From a virus (lineage: Duplodnaviria > Caudoviricetes): DNA of 61,323 nt. A model generated the notes under the pieces. That model saw only the letters and a list, made by a program, of their open reading frames with translations, had not been told where the DNA came from and ran no database searches. Shown one piece after another: positions 25,660 through 34,523 of this stretch. Within the stretch, counting starts at the first letter, position 1. Each line of letters begins with the position of its first letter. The stretch covers positions 1 to 61,323 of IMG/VR virus record IMGVR_UViG_3300027647_000002. The stretch is one strand, 5' to 3'. The position numbers and the translations under genes were made by a program.

Positions 25660-25819
25660 CGGTCTTCATCTCCTTGCGGCCGTGCTCGGCCATCCACTGA
25701 TCGGGGGTAGGCCACTCGTTCCACCGCGCGACAGCGGCGGGAGTGGTGAGGTCATCGGCACGCAGGCCGGAATGCCGGAAGTGAGCGAACGTGGTGAACC
25801 GCTCGGCGAGAAGGCTCAT
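25652..25819 (-). CDS. Hypothetical protein
   Basis: ATGA coupling. Confidence 0.55.
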   Translation of the reverse strand: MSLLAERFTTFAHFRHSGLRADDLTTPAAVARWNEWPTPDQWMAEHGRKEMKTDA

Positions 25820-26166
25820 CGGGCCGCTCCCTCGATGAACTCCCACTCGACGTAGTCCGGCACGTATGACTCGACGTTGATCGGGCCTGACATGCCCGGC
25901 CGGTATCCGCAGTCGTCGAGGAGGGTGATGGGGTCGTCGGCACACGGCGCGGTGCTGCCGTTGTCGAACCACGACTTCATCCAGCACTCGTCGTGCTTCA
26001 CGAATGGGTGACCGGCTTCGTCTACCTCCTCGCCGAGCAGGTAGACCTCGCAGTCGCAATCCGGATAGCGGTGGCACTCCGCGTCCTGACCGCCGCGGCA
26101 GGTGAACTCGATGCGCGGCTTGTCCGTAGTGCCGGCGATGGAGACGTAGTGCAGGTGCTCGGTCAT
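25816..26166 (-). CDS. Cys-rich hypothetical protein
   Basis: Coupled ORF. Confidence 0.65.
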   Translation of the reverse strand: MTEHLHYVSIAGTTDKPRIEFTCRGGQDAECHRYPDCDCEVYLLGEEVDEAGHPFVKHDECWMKSWFDNGSTAPCADDPITLLDDCGYRPGMSGPINVESYVPDYVEWEFIEGAAR

Positions 26167-26384
26167 GCCGCACCGCCGACCAGCAGCCGCAGCACCTCGG
26201 CCGCCACCTCATACGCCCGATCCACCGGCGGATGCATCTGCATCACACCCGCCAGATACGCCAACATCGCGGGCACACCGGAACCGAGATCCCACAGGTC
26301 ATCAGCGATCCAGTGATCGACAGACTCGGGCGGGGCGGCCAGCAGTTCGGACACGTACATGGAGGCGGCAGACATGGCGATCAT
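26163..26384 (-). CDS. Hypothetical protein
   Basis: Coupled ORF. Confidence 0.6.
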   Translation of the reverse strand: MIAMSAASMYVSELLAAPPESVDHWIADDLWDLGSGVPAMLAYLAGVMQMHPPVDRAYEVAAEVLRLLVGGAA

Positions 26385-26593
26385 CGCTGCGCCCCCTCGG
26401 TGAGCAGCGGCCACAGGCGGCGCATGAAATCCCCCACCGGCGTGCCCTCGTCGTCATCCCGGTACTCCAGGATCCGATCCCGGATCTGGTCATCCGACAG
26501 ATCCCGGAACTCTGCGACCATCCGCGCGAACTGCGGATCGTCCTGCGCGGCGGACAGATATCTGTCACACGCCGGCGTATGAATGGTGCTCAT
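26381..26593 (-). CDS. Hypothetical protein
   Basis: AAGGA RBS. Confidence 0.65.
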   Translation of the reverse strand: MSTIHTPACDRYLSAAQDDPQFARMVAEFRDLSDDQIRDRILEYRDDDEGTPVGDFMRRLWPLLTEGAQR

Positions 26594-26664
26594 TTGGTAT
26601 CGTTCCTTCTCGTTGTGTTAGATGCGGGGCCGGTGACGTGAGACCTCCCGGCCCCGCATGCATG

Positions 26665-26841
26665 TCAGGGGCTGGTTGTCCCGGCGGTGTCCGTTACCGC
26701 CGGGACACGCCCATCTCCAGGGCTCATCACCGGGGATGGGTGGACCAGGACCGCCCAGGCGATGAAGACAGCCAGGACGACGACCATGGGCACGGCGACC
26801 AGCAACATGGCGTGGTCGAATTCCCGCTCAGCCCTGGTCAT
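26665..26841 (-). CDS. Small membrane protein (58 aa)
   Basis: MTRAEREFDHAMLLVAVPMVVVLAVFIAWAVLV; followed by strong hairpin at about 26621-26659. Confidence 0.6.
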   Translation of the reverse strand: MTRAEREFDHAMLLVAVPMVVVLAVFIAWAVLVHPSPVMSPGDGRVPAVTDTAGTTSP

Positions 26842-27101
26842 GACGCCGCCTGCAACTGCTCGGCCTCCCGGACCGCCGCACGCCGCCGGGCAGCAGCCAC
26901 AGCGCGACGCTTCCGCTCGACTTCACGGCGAGCGACCAGCCGTTCCAGGCGAGTACGAGCCTCGATCAACTCCCGGAACGTCACCATGTAGTGGATGTAG
27001 AACCTGCCGCCCAGGTAGGCGGTCAACTCCGAGCGGTCAACGGCGTCCTGGAGAACTCCCAACCGGTCATTGAGCTCGGCGATCTCGGTGTCGTCGTACA
27101 T
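26838..27101 (-). CDS. Hypothetical protein
   Basis: Coupled ORF. Confidence 0.6.
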   Translation of the reverse strand: MYDDTEIAELNDRLGVLQDAVDRSELTAYLGGRFYIHYMVTFRELIEARTRLERLVARREVERKRRAVAAARRRAAVREAEQLQAAS

Positions 27102-27104
27102 CGC

Positions 27105-27515
27105 TCAGCCCTCCATCGGGGTGAGGACGACGTCATCCAGCTCGACCGCGACAGCGTCCGGGCCGATCTCGATATAGCCGGGGCCGTCAACGATCTCGAT
27201 CTGGATGATGTCCGAGCACGACAGGTTCCCGCACAACGTCCAGTTCGCGAGGAAGTCGCTGGTCGGGGTCACCTTGTAGGTGCCATAGCCGATCTCGGAC
27301 GGCACCAGCCAAGTCCCGTTCGTGGACAGCGGATCCACCGGCGCGGGGATCTCGATCGTCGACGTCGGAGCAACCCACTCACCGACGCCGGCATCCACCG
27401 TCTGCGGGGTCGGGGTGGCGTAGCCGTCGATGGTCTGCGGGTCGCAGGCAGTCAGACCGATCACCGCGAACGCTGCGGCGGCGATGATGGCAGTAGCCTT
27501 GAACTTGTTGAACAC
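27105..27515 (-). CDS. Lipoprotein
   Basis: Signal peptide with LTAC lipobox; GTWLVPSEIGYGTY. Confidence 0.75.
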   Translation of the reverse strand: MFNKFKATAIIAAAAFAVIGLTACDPQTIDGYATPTPQTVDAGVGEWVAPTSTIEIPAPVDPLSTNGTWLVPSEIGYGTYKVTPTSDFLANWTLCGNLSCSDIIQIEIVDGPGYIEIGPDAVAVELDDVVLTPMEG

Positions 27516-27593
27516 TTCGATCTCCTTGATTGGTTGGGGTGTTCGACTGGGGTCGCTGGGGGTCCATCCCGGCGGCCCCTCCTCATGGGGAGG

Positions 27594-27785
27594 TCAGAGG
27601 TTGATGCGCTGGACATCGGCCGGCGCCACGCGCACCACCCGGCCGCTGTCCGCCGAGACGTGGACCCACTTGCGGCCCACCTTCATCACGTCGCCGTAGT
27701 GGTGGCCGCGGCGGTGCAGGTCGGAGCTGGGCAAGATCACGACCCGGTCGAGGTGCCGGATCTGGATGCCTTTGCGGTCGGTCAT
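27594..27785 (-). CDS. Hypothetical protein (SH3-like)
   Basis: GGAG RBS; G.VMKVGRKWVHV. Confidence 0.6.
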   Translation of the reverse strand: MTDRKGIQIRHLDRVVILPSSDLHRRGHHYGDVMKVGRKWVHVSADSGRVVRVAPADVQRINL

Positions 27786-27847
27786 GGTTTCTCCAAGCGG
27801 TGGATGTTGTGGGGGGATCAGCGATGCGGGTACGGGGTTCTGGCTGG

Positions 27848-28687
27848 TCATGACGCAGCCCCGATCTGGCGAGGGAGGTCCAGCGTCCCGTTGGCATCGA
27901 GGTGCCGGAAGATCCGCTCCCACGCGTATTCCTGGCCGCGGGCGGTCAACTTCCCGGTGACGTAGTTGTGGCCGTTCAGGGCGGTGTCCTCGCGGTTCAC
28001 CGCATAGCCCTTCTCGATCGCCCACGCCGTGGCCTGCCCCGAATCGGAGCGGTTGCCGCGGATGAACAGGCCGAGTTTGCGAGTGGACAGGAACTCCACC
28101 ACCTGTGCCTGTTTCACCTCGACGCCGTGGTTGTCGTGCGCCCACTGCTTCACCTCGCGGAAGAACTGCTGGCGCGTCTTCTCACCGGCCGCGGTGGCGT
28201 GGGTCTTCGCGCGCTCGACCAGCGGACGGTCGGATTCGACCTTCTCCTCCAGCGCGATCCGGCGGGCACGCTCGGCCTTCGCGACCTTGGCCACCTCGAT
28301 CAGCTTGTCCAGCGCGGTGTCCGGGTTCGTGAGATCCAGCTCCGCTTGCGAGCCGGGCGCGATGTAGGCGCCGCCGGTCTTGCGGATGGTGGGCAGGACC
28401 TCGGAGGTGATCCAGCGGCGGAAGGCCACGGCCTCCGGCTTGTCCGAGCGGATGACGACTTCGTACATCCCGGGCTCATTGACGATGGTCACCGAACGTC
28501 GCTGGCCGCCCGAGCTGATATCAGCCTGACTGATAGCAGCCTCATCGAGCCGCCGCGCCGTCATCGCCGGGTTGCCGATGCCGAGAACCGAGCACAGGTC
28601 CGCGAGGACGAACCACGGCTCTCCGTCGATGACGACAGTTCGGACGGTGGCACCCTCGTAGGTGAAGGGCATCAAGTCGACGCTCAT
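27848..28687 (-). CDS. BRO-N / KilAC antirepressor
   Basis: VRTVVIDGEPWFVLADLC...VNEPGMY...RSDKPEAVAFRRWITSEVLPTIRKTG; LTARGQ. Confidence 0.9.
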   Translation of the reverse strand: MSVDLMPFTYEGATVRTVVIDGEPWFVLADLCSVLGIGNPAMTARRLDEAAISQADISSGGQRRSVTIVNEPGMYEVVIRSDKPEAVAFRRWITSEVLPTIRKTGGAYIAPGSQAELDLTNPDTALDKLIEVAKVAKAERARRIALEEKVESDRPLVERAKTHATAAGEKTRQQFFREVKQWAHDNHGVEVKQAQVVEFLSTRKLGLFIRGNRSDSGQATAWAIEKGYAVNREDTALNGHNYVTGKLTARGQEYAWERIFRHLDANGTLDLPRQIGAAS

Positions 28688-28833
28688 GCCGCACCCCGCT
28701 CGACCCGGTCCTGCATGGTCGGCCGGAAGTGTCGGCGCAGCACCGTAACCTGGAATTCATCCAGGGGCGCCCAGCCCTTCTGGCACTCGGCGAACCACGC
28801 CTCTTCGGCGGGGGTGAACGTTTTCTTCTCCAT
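28684..28833 (-). CDS. Hypothetical protein (49 aa)
   Basis: Between cro and antirepressor; coupled. Confidence 0.55.
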   Translation of the reverse strand: MEKKTFTPAEEAWFAECQKGWAPLDEFQVTVLRRHFRPTMQDRVERGAA

Positions 28834-28835
28834 GG

Positions 28836-29054
28836 CTACGCCCCGTCCGTGGGGAGGAGCTCGGGGAGCCGCCGGTTCAGGGCGTGTGCGATCCAGTTGA
28901 GCTGGCGGATAGAGAAGGAATCCTTGGCATCGAGGCGTCGGCCGAGAGTTGCCTTCGGGATCCCCGAGAGGCGGGCCAGTTGATTGATGCCTACCTCTTC
29001 GGCGTCCATGGCCTGGCGGACCCGGCAGGCCGTCTCCTCGTCAATGTGGTCCAT
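28836..29054 (-). CDS. Cro-like HTH protein
   Basis: INQLARLSGIPKATLGRRL; divergent from repressor. Confidence 0.85.
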   Translation of the reverse strand: MDHIDEETACRVRQAMDAEEVGINQLARLSGIPKATLGRRLDAKDSFSIRQLNWIAHALNRRLPELLPTDGA

Positions 29055-29168
29055 ACGGGCCAGATTACTCCCGTTTCGACCGGAGTCAAGTCCGTACGGT
29101 CCAGATTGCCAGAAGCTTGCCGTCCCGTGGTTGATAAGGGCAGACTTGCCAGATGGTCCAAATGGGCC
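29049..29168. promoter_or_regulatory. Immunity switch: leaderless cro promoter and three candidate operators
   Basis: Minus-strand TTGACT-16-TAATCT-7-ATG; GGTCCATACGGGCC (29049), GTCCGTACGGTCC (29090), GGTCCAAATGGGCC (29155). Confidence 0.65.
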
Positions 29169-29182
29169 GTTTAATTGCCCGC

Positions 29183-29473
29183 ATGGACCACGAAGCTATC
29201 GCGACAGCGATCGACCAAGCAGTGGCCGCTGAGCTTCGAAGCCTCCGCGGCCGGCACCGACTCTCCCGAGCCAAGCTCGCGGAGCTCAGCGGTGTCGCAG
29301 AGAAAACGATTCAGCGATTCGAGAACGAGGAACGCAGCCCCGACATAAACCAGCTAACCAAGCTGTGCCGGGCCTTCGGGATATCCCCGCGCGCATTCAT
29401 TGATGCTGCACTGGCCGACATCGACACGGACCCGGTCGTCGAAGAAAAGTCGGGGATCCAGTCCGAGACCTAA
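29183..29473 (+). CDS. Immunity repressor (XRE HTH, 96 aa, no S24 peptidase domain)
   Basis: LSRAKLAELSGVAEKTIQRFENEERSP; divergent from cro, next to integrase. Confidence 0.85.
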   Translation: MDHEAIATAIDQAVAAELRSLRGRHRLSRAKLAELSGVAEKTIQRFENEERSPDINQLTKLCRAFGISPRAFIDAALADIDTDPVVEEKSGIQSET

Positions 29474-29771
29474 GGCGCGGTGTGCCAATTCGTGGACGGT
29501 GATTTCACCAAGCATCACCTCTAGTTGAAGTGACTCCTTTTGAGCACTTGACATGGCAATTCCCTCGCAAACAAGCCCCGACAGCTAATTCGTTACACCA
29601 CACAACATCTCGGGTCGATCGTAACCACAAACCGAACACCTGAGCGAGTGTTTTCAGAGGAATCGTCCGGTTTATCCACATCGTTACGCGGGTAAGACCC
29701 ACCGGTCGGTATGCCCCCCCGCAACCTTCCAGTAAGTACGGAGCACCGAGTTCTTTTACATCCCAACGCTT

Positions 29772-31424
29772 TTACGACAGAGTGAATCGCGCCAATTTCG
29801 GATCGAGGCTCAGGCGCATAATCCGCCCCCGATCCCCACCGGCCCGCTCGGCAGCCAGAACACGCTGCCGCTCTTCAATTCCGACGCCCTTCAAATACGC
29901 CACCACCTGTGGAACTGTGTAGTCCCCTGGATCACCGCCCTCCCCCAACGGCAGCACCGGCAACGGCCCCGACGGCCGAGGCACTTCCGAACCCACCCAC
30001 CACAACCGGACAAACTTCGGATTGACCAGCCGCTGCCCCCGGATCGGAGCCTTGTAGATCCGCACCTCCACCACCGCCCGCAGCACCTCCCGCCGCTGAC
30101 GAACAGTGAAATTCGCCCACGCCTCCCGCGCCTGCGGGCCGGCCATCTCCGCCACCAGAGGCGAACTGATCGAGGCCCGAGCCCTCCGCTCCGCCGCCGC
30201 AATCTGCGGCCTCAACTTCGCCTCCACCCGAGCCAGCGCCGCCGGCGACAACGACCCGTCTGCCGCCTGGTCGATGAACGCGTCCAGCCGCTCACGCAAA
30301 GTCCGCGCCTCGGCGAACGCCTCCGCCGCCGTGTCATCCTCACTGGCCAGCAGTTTCAGTGCGTCCGGGGATTCCAGCCGCCGCAACACCGCCTCCGTCA
30401 CCAGCCGATCCACACCCTGGACACTCCGGGCGACACAGCCGTTCTCGACACACGTATACATGTGGGTCCCCCGCGGACTGACACGCAGCAGGGGATCGTC
30501 GCACTCTCCGCAGATCGCGATATTCGTCAGCAGCCATTTCGGCTCGATGCCTCGATGGGTAAGGCGCCGGGAGTCATTCAGAAGGGCCTTGATCCGCTCA
30601 TGCTCGTCGACCGTCAAGATCCCTTCCCAGGTTGCTGGGCCTGTCACCTCCCCCTTCGTCACCCGCAATCCCGCATACGTCGGCGACAGGACCAGACTCC
30701 GTACTGTGACGGACCGCCATTGCGTCGGCCCGCCAGCGTTCGGCCCCTTCCGCGCCGGCCGTGGCGCCGGGATACCCCGGGCGTTGAGGTCTTGGGTGAT
30801 CGACCGGAGAGGCTCCCCGGCAAGGATCCGTTTTGCGAGCTCCCGGACGATCGGCGTCGTCTCCTCATCCGGCACACGATCAATCGCCCGACCGGTCCGC
30901 TGATCCCGGACGATCCGGTACCCGTACTTGATTTTGCCGTGCGGGCGGCCGGCCTCGGCGTTCGCGCGCATGTCACGCAGGACCCGCTTGCTGGTCTTCG
31001 CAGCCTCGTACTCGTCGTCCACCGCGTCTTGCGCTGTGCGTCGCCGGTCTTCGGCGTTGCGCATGTCGTAGACCCGGCCGTCGTAACACCACAGTGCACC
31101 GGTCTCTTCGCAGATCTCCCGCAGCGTCAGATAGACCTTCAGGTCACGTTGCGCCCGGGATGACTCCCAACTGACCAGGATTCGCCTACGCTGAGACGGC
31201 TGCTTCAGCAGTCGGAGTGCCCGCTCGTAGTTCTCGCGGCGCGCCCGGGAGTAGCGGGATGCGCCCTTGTCGGGGTCGGCGAGTACTTCGAGGACTGGGA
31301 TGCCTTGGCGCTCACACCATCGCTCACTGTCTCTGACCTGCTGCTCCGGAGATCGGGAGCGGCCGTCCCGGTCGTCGCTGACCCGGGCGTAGATGACTGC
31401 TTCGAGTTCGCCCCATTCGTTCAC
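29772..31424 (-). CDS. int: Large serine recombinase (integrase)
   Basis: IYARVS catalytic motif, recombinase domain (YGY...SPTYAG), zinc ribbon CGEC...C...C; start GTG 31424 or ATG 31442. Confidence 0.95.
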   Translation of the reverse strand: MNEWGELEAVIYARVSDDRDGRSRSPEQQVRDSERWCERQGIPVLEVLADPDKGASRYSRARRENYERALRLLKQPSQRRRILVSWESSRAQRDLKVYLTLREICEETGALWCYDGRVYDMRNAEDRRRTAQDAVDDEYEAAKTSKRVLRDMRANAEAGRPHGKIKYGYRIVRDQRTGRAIDRVPDEETTPIVRELAKRILAGEPLRSITQDLNARGIPAPRPARKGPNAGGPTQWRSVTVRSLVLSPTYAGLRVTKGEVTGPATWEGILTVDEHERIKALLNDSRRLTHRGIEPKWLLTNIAICGECDDPLLRVSPRGTHMYTCVENGCVARSVQGVDRLVTEAVLRRLESPDALKLLASEDDTAAEAFAEARTLRERLDAFIDQAADGSLSPAALARVEAKLRPQIAAAERRARASISSPLVAEMAGPQAREAWANFTVRQRREVLRAVVEVRIYKAPIRGQRLVNPKFVRLWWVGSEVPRPSGPLPVLPLGEGGDPGDYTVPQVVAYLKGVGIEERQRVLAAERAGGDRGRIMRLSLDPKLARFTLS

Positions 31425-31446
31425 CCAATCAGCATGACACATCCCC

Positions 31447-31480
31447 GTATTGACAATTGAGTCCGCTCACTGTTCTATAC
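31447..31480. other. Candidate attP
   Basis: Imperfect IR GTATTGACAATTGAG-TCCG-CTCACTGTTCTATAC (11/15 match) just upstream of int. Confidence 0.55.
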
Positions 31481-31484
31481 CCCC

Positions 31485-32165
31485 ATGCCTAAGAACAATC
31501 CCAAATGGAACGCCCGAGTCGCCGCCGCACTGACCGCCGCCGCCGCGACCTTCCTGGTGAGCACCCCCGCGCAGGCCGCGCCCATCCCCGGCATCGATCA
31601 CACCCTCCAGATCGACACCCGACTCCGCCTCGTCGGCATCAACCCCGTCGACATCGACGGCTACGCCACGAAGGTGTGCGACACCCTCCACGAGGATCCC
31701 ACCGCCGACGGCAAACGCGCGGCCCTCGATCTCCTCGCCGAGGACTACCCCCACCCCATGGCCCAGGGCTACGCCCTCGGCGTCATGGCTGACGTCCGAT
31801 GCGACGACATGACGCCCATGCTCCTCAATGTCCCCACCGCCACCGTCGGCACCCCCGAAGCGAAGGCGGTCGCCAGTCAGGCCGAGAACACCGAGGCTAT
31901 GGGCGCCTGGTCCGCGAAGGTCGGCGTCGCCACCACCGCGGGCAGCCTGATCGGCGCTGGCATGGGCTTCGTCCTCGGCTGCTTCCTCGGCGGGGTCGTC
32001 ACATCCCCGACCGTGGTGTTCATCCCGCTGGGCTGCCTCACCGCTGGCGTCACCGGCGCCGGCATCGGCGGAGTCGTCGGAACCCTCGTCGTCGGCGGGC
32101 CGACCGCGGTCATCGCCGGTATCGAGATGGTTCAGGTGCTGCTGACCCCGGCGCCCGCGAAGTGA
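31485..32165 (+). CDS. Secreted protein with C-terminal glycine zipper
   Basis: Signal peptide ending AQA; GxxxG arrays with paired Cys. Confidence 0.8.
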   Translation: MPKNNPKWNARVAAALTAAAATFLVSTPAQAAPIPGIDHTLQIDTRLRLVGINPVDIDGYATKVCDTLHEDPTADGKRAALDLLAEDYPHPMAQGYALGVMADVRCDDMTPMLLNVPTATVGTPEAKAVASQAENTEAMGAWSAKVGVATTAGSLIGAGMGFVLGCFLGGVVTSPTVVFIPLGCLTAGVTGAGIGGVVGTLVVGGPTAVIAGIEMVQVLLTPAPAK

Positions 32166-32425
32166 GCGCCGACCAGATACGCGCATTGCCGCTCCCGGGA
32201 GTCCTCGCCATCACCGATCCCGGACGCCTCACCGATCCCGAGTACATCGCCGCCTACGTGGATCAGCTGATCAGCGAAGCTCCGACGGCGGCCGAAGCGC
32301 ACTTCCCTGGGGACGATCTCGATGGCAGAGCTTGCCGGGCAGCGTTCCACAGGGCGTGGCTGGAACAGGGCATGCGCACACTCGCCGAGTCCATCCGCGA
32401 ATCCATCAGCACCACACAGCGATAG
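32162..32425 (+). CDS. Hypothetical protein coupled to glycine-zipper gene
   Basis: GTGA overlap; 87 aa. Confidence 0.65.
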   Translation: MSADQIRALPLPGVLAITDPGRLTDPEYIAAYVDQLISEAPTAAEAHFPGDDLDGRACRAAFHRAWLEQGMRTLAESIRESISTTQR

Positions 32426-32519
32426 CCCGATTCTTCAAACCATGTAACACGTCACAGTCCCCGGTGGATAAGAGTCCGCCGGGATCGACTGCGCGTCATC
32501 CACACATCAAGGGGAAACA

Positions 32520-33137
32520 GTGACCACCCAGCCCTACCCTGAACAGCCCTACGGTTCGTATCCGCCACCACCACCGCCGAAGAAGAAGCGTGTGTGGCCG
32601 TGGATCCTCATCGCCGCCCTTCTCGCCCTGTGCGGGTTCGGTGGCTGCGCGTCGATCATCGCCAACAGCGACAAAGCCGCCGACTCCTTCCAGGAAGGGT
32701 TCGAGGACGGCATGAAGGGCGCCGCCGGCAACGACTCCGACACCGCCCCGGCAGGCTCGGCGGTCCGGGACGGCAAGTTCGAATTCCAGGTCACCAAGGT
32801 CGAGCAGGGCGAGGCGGCCGTGTCCTGGTCCAGCCTGGTCACGCGGGAAGCTCAAGGCCAGTTCGTGATAGTGCACGTGACCGTCACCAACATCGGCGAC
32901 ACGGCGCAGTTCTACTTCGGGCAGAACCAGACCCTCATCGACAGTCAGGGCCGCGAGTTCACCAACGACTTCACGGCCGAGGCGTACGTGAACGAACCGG
33001 GCGAGGGTGCCGGCGAGATCAACCCGGGGCTCAAGTTCGAGCGAGTGCTGGTGTTCGACGTCCCTGCCGATGCTCAGCTCGCGGCGATCGAGTTCCATGA
33101 CTCGGCGTTCTCCGGCGGGGCGAAGGTCGCGCTGTAG
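32520..33137 (+). CDS. DUF4352 (Mpr-like) membrane protein, candidate superinfection exclusion
   Basis: Pro-rich N-terminus, one TM, VRDGKFEF...AQGQF..V.VTVTN...EINPG...VFDVP. Confidence 0.85.
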   Translation: MTTQPYPEQPYGSYPPPPPPKKKRVWPWILIAALLALCGFGGCASIIANSDKAADSFQEGFEDGMKGAAGNDSDTAPAGSAVRDGKFEFQVTKVEQGEAAVSWSSLVTREAQGQFVIVHVTVTNIGDTAQFYFGQNQTLIDSQGREFTNDFTAEAYVNEPGEGAGEINPGLKFERVLVFDVPADAQLAAIEFHDSAFSGGAKVAL

Positions 33138-33195
33138 CGACACGCCCGGAATGAGACACAGGTAACACAAGCTCTGCCAATATGGATCAACCGGT

Positions 33196-33229
33196 AGCGG
33201 ACCCGTCGCTTGGGGGCGGGTCCGCTTTC
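33196..33229 (+). terminator. Intrinsic terminator
   Basis: AGCGGACCCG...CGGGTCCGCT followed by TT. Confidence 0.6.
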
Positions 33230-33317
33230 GTATACAGGGGTTCCAAATTTGTCACCACCAACCACTACACTGGGAACACTCGGAGACACCGATGAAGCAA
33301 TGCAAGCAGGGGCAACC

Positions 33318-33776
33318 ATGGCCGGCAATCCGATGAGCGCAATCGACATCGCCCGGTGGTTCATCGCCTGGGCGGAGAACATCGACGCCGACGTCACCAA
33401 TCTGAAGCTACAGAAGCTGCTCTACTACGCGCAGGGGCACCACCTCGCCGAGACCGGGCAGCGGCTGTTCAAGGAAGACATCGAGGCATGGGGCCACGGC
33501 CCCGTCGTGCCGGAGGTGTACCACGAGTACAAGGGCTACGGGTCGAATCCCATAGACCCCAGCGAAGCCCTGGACATGTTCTTCGACTGGGACGATTACA
33601 AGCCCGTCGAGAAGCGCCTCCTCAACACCTGGGATGTCTACGGAAGCCTGGCGGCCTGGGCGCTGCGCAACAAGACACACACCGAGGCGCCGTGGCGGGA
33701 GGCCTTCGAGACGGAGGCCTACAACGAGGTCATTACGACCGAGCGCTTGCAGCGTTTCTTCGCGGATGGCGTCTAA
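33318..33776 (+). CDS. Panacea-domain (DUF4065/SocA) antitoxin
   Basis: TNLKLQKLLYYAQG...IEAWGHGPVVPEVY...THTEAPW. Confidence 0.9.
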   Translation: MAGNPMSAIDIARWFIAWAENIDADVTNLKLQKLLYYAQGHHLAETGQRLFKEDIEAWGHGPVVPEVYHEYKGYGSNPIDPSEALDMFFDWDDYKPVEKRLLNTWDVYGSLAAWALRNKTHTEAPWREAFETEAYNEVITTERLQRFFADGV

Positions 33777-34185
33777 CGGCAGACGGGGATCGGCGCCTAA
33801 GCATGACCCCGTGGTCAAACCTGCCTCCGTCCCCACATCCGCGAGCAATGGCTACCCGATCCTTTGCTTGAGGCATCTGCAGGACAAGTTCGGGATCGAT
33901 CAACTCGATGCGCAGCAGTGCCAGGAGTTCCTCAAGAAGTGGCACAAGCGAGCGAAGCTGACTTGGAACGAGCTGAACCAGCACGGGAAGTATGGGCTGG
34001 GCTCGGAGAAGCTGCCGAAGTCGGCGTTCAGGCCGTGCATCCCCGAGCAGTTCGAGCAAGAGAAGTACATGGTCTTCCGCCATGCCGGGAATCATCCCTT
34101 CGCGGGATTCCGTGCGGGCGATGTGTTCCACGTGCTGTGGATCGAAGCGAAGTGGAACGAGCTATACGACCACGGCAGGAAGTGA
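33766..34185 (+). CDS. Putative toxin (RelE-like/MAG6450-type) paired with Panacea antitoxin
   Basis: Overlaps antitoxin; LTW...GLGSEKLP...VFR...GFR.GDVFHVLWI...LYDHG. Confidence 0.7.
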   Translation: MASNGRRGSAPKHDPVVKPASVPTSASNGYPILCLRHLQDKFGIDQLDAQQCQEFLKKWHKRAKLTWNELNQHGKYGLGSEKLPKSAFRPCIPEQFEQEKYMVFRHAGNHPFAGFRAGDVFHVLWIEAKWNELYDHGRK

Positions 34186-34319
34186 TCCGAACCACCTTCA
34201 TGCAGTCCCGGCGGCGGCCCAACCGATAGACGGGGTGGATGCAGCAGTTCCTTTCCTCTGCAGCCCTCTCAGGTTGGGCCGCCGCTCCACTTCTGCCAAG
34301 TCTTAGGGCGGCGGCCCGC

Positions 34320-34493
34320 TCAACTTTCCTCGCGAACCAGCGCGCCGAGCGGCATGGAGAACGGATACCGGCCGGCCGCCGACTCGTCCGCCGCCTCGAT
34401 CACCGCTCGCCCCTCGGCCTCGGCGACCTCCTGCACCACGAACCGGGACACTCCACTCTCACCGATGCGCACCGTATCGCCGACATTGATCAT
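34320..34493 (-). CDS. Small SH3/KOW-like protein
   Basis: MINVGDTVRIG...FVV... Confidence 0.6.
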   Translation of the reverse strand: MINVGDTVRIGESGVSRFVVQEVAEAEGRAVIEAADESAAGRYPFSMPLGALVREES

Positions 34494-34502
34494 GCCTTGG
34501 AC

Positions 34503-34523
34503 CATAATCGAACATGTGAGCGA
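34503..34523 (+). promoter_or_regulatory. -10 box plus imperfect LexA (SOS) box over a leaderless start
   Basis: CATAAT then TCGAAC-ATGT-GAGCGA, versus actinobacterial consensus TCGAAC-N4-GTTCGA. Confidence 0.6.

Noticed and set aside
29354-29702. Minus-strand ORFs 29354-29554 and 29505-29702
   Set aside because: Atypical codon usage, overlap with the repressor, no RBS or motif.
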